A stretch of DNA of 64,000 nucleotides from NCBI GenBank assembly GCA_964016885.1, contig OZ024756.1, forward strand, positions 18,538,001 to 18,602,000, in the 5' to 3' direction. Within the stretch, counting starts at the first letter, position 1; each line of letters starts with the position of its first letter. Below are positions 63,014 to 64,000 of this stretch, piece by piece. The notes under the pieces are model-generated. The model was not told the DNA's origin. It saw only the letters and a program-made list of their open reading frames with translations, and did not search any database. This DNA is from Eledone cirrhosa (lineage: Eukaryota). The translations under genes were made by a program, and so were the position numbers.

Positions 63014-64000
63014 AACAAAATTAAAATACATTCGGCAGTTAACACAGATAATAATAAACCTAGATCAATATTAAACTCTATCTCTAAGGGAATATCCAAT
63101 AGAATCTCTAATCTATCTTATGACGAAAACATATTTAGCAAAAACTCACAATATTATAATCAGGCATTAGCTAGATCAGGCCATAATAATGAGATCGAGT
63201 TCCTACCTACAAAAACACATAGTTACAACATTATTTCGCACAATATGTCCATGAGGAAAAATAGTAATAAGAATAATAACCACACACACACTAGTACGAA
63301 GGGTGGAAACAAACGTAACCCACACCAGGGAGGTCACCAAAATACTATAAACGGAAGCATCTCACCAGACATAAAAAACAAAAATAGAAGAAGAAATAAT
63401 ACTTTTTTCAACCCCCCTTTCAATCTAAACGTCTCTACCAACCTACCTAAGGCTTTCTTCTCATTCCTGGATAAAAACTTCCCATCTGGCCACAAGTACC
63501 ATAGCCTTATAAACAAAAACACCATTAAAATCTCCTACTCTACCACGCCTAACATAGCATACCACATAGCTAGTAGCAATAAAAGAAAAATTAATACTTG
63601 CTTCCAACAAACTAAAACACGGCAGGGGGTAAACCTTCAAAACAACGTTATATCTGCAAACCCTGATATCAATAGTAATAATAGTAATAGCACTTGTGAG
63701 ATCAATAACGCTGGGAGCGACAACCCCCATAGCCATAATGCAATACCTAGCAACCAGACTTCTACACAACATAATAACCGGCAGGTTAACATCCAAAATA
63801 ATTGTAACTGTAGATCTAATAGAACCTGCCCTTTAGATAAAAACTGCTTAATCAAGGACATCATATACTCATGCACCGTCATAACTAGCAGCTCTTCTGA
63901 AACCTATATAGGCTCTACTTCGAACTGCTTCAAAACCAGATACAATTCACACCTCCATTCTTTCAAAAAACACACTTCACTATCTAGCTACATACACTAT
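63014..64000 (+). CDS. Penelope-like (Naiad/Chlamys-type) ORF fragment: RT thumb, linker, GIY-YIG; runs off the window end and is absent from the ORF track
   Basis: Stop-free frame: PRSILNSISKGISNRISNLS..YYNQALARSG..RRRNNTFFNPPFNLNVSTN..NKNTIKISYS..CNCRSNRTCPLDKNCLIKDIIYSC..YIGSTSNCFKTRYNSH..TSLSSYI. Confidence 0.88.

Noticed and set aside
63800-63850. Selenocysteine in the Naiad-type Cys motif
   Set aside because: All Cys codons in CNCR..CPL..C are TGT/TGC, with no in-frame TGA.

Overview
Eukaryotic, AT-rich genomic DNA dominated by simple repeats ((TA)n, (TG)n, (TATG)n, (CAC)n, (CAA)n). The SINE types and RTE 3' tails suggest an octopus genome; this is inference from remembered consensus sequences, not a search. 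Nearly all long ORFs in the supplied track are microsatellite artefacts, and no intact host gene is evident apart from a few weak minus-strand exon candidates. The real coding remnants are retrotransposon fragments: three Penelope-like elements (GIY-YIG, about 17.4k, 55.8k and 63.0k), three RTE LINE pieces, an R4/Dong-type RT and a Tx1/L1 3' end. There are also SINEs, MITEs and minisatellites. The most notable signal is in the short 'islands' of unique sequence between (TA)n tracts. By eye these hold about 19 complete or nearly complete type I hammerhead ribozyme motifs from about 11 distinct families, including core variants (A6U, compensatory U3-A8, U4C). Many sit in 100-400 bp head-to-head palindromes whose fold-back point lies at or just 5' of the ribozyme. 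One locus looks like a ~455-nt retrozyme-like unit copied about 1.4 times. All structures were folded manually and none has been tested for activity.
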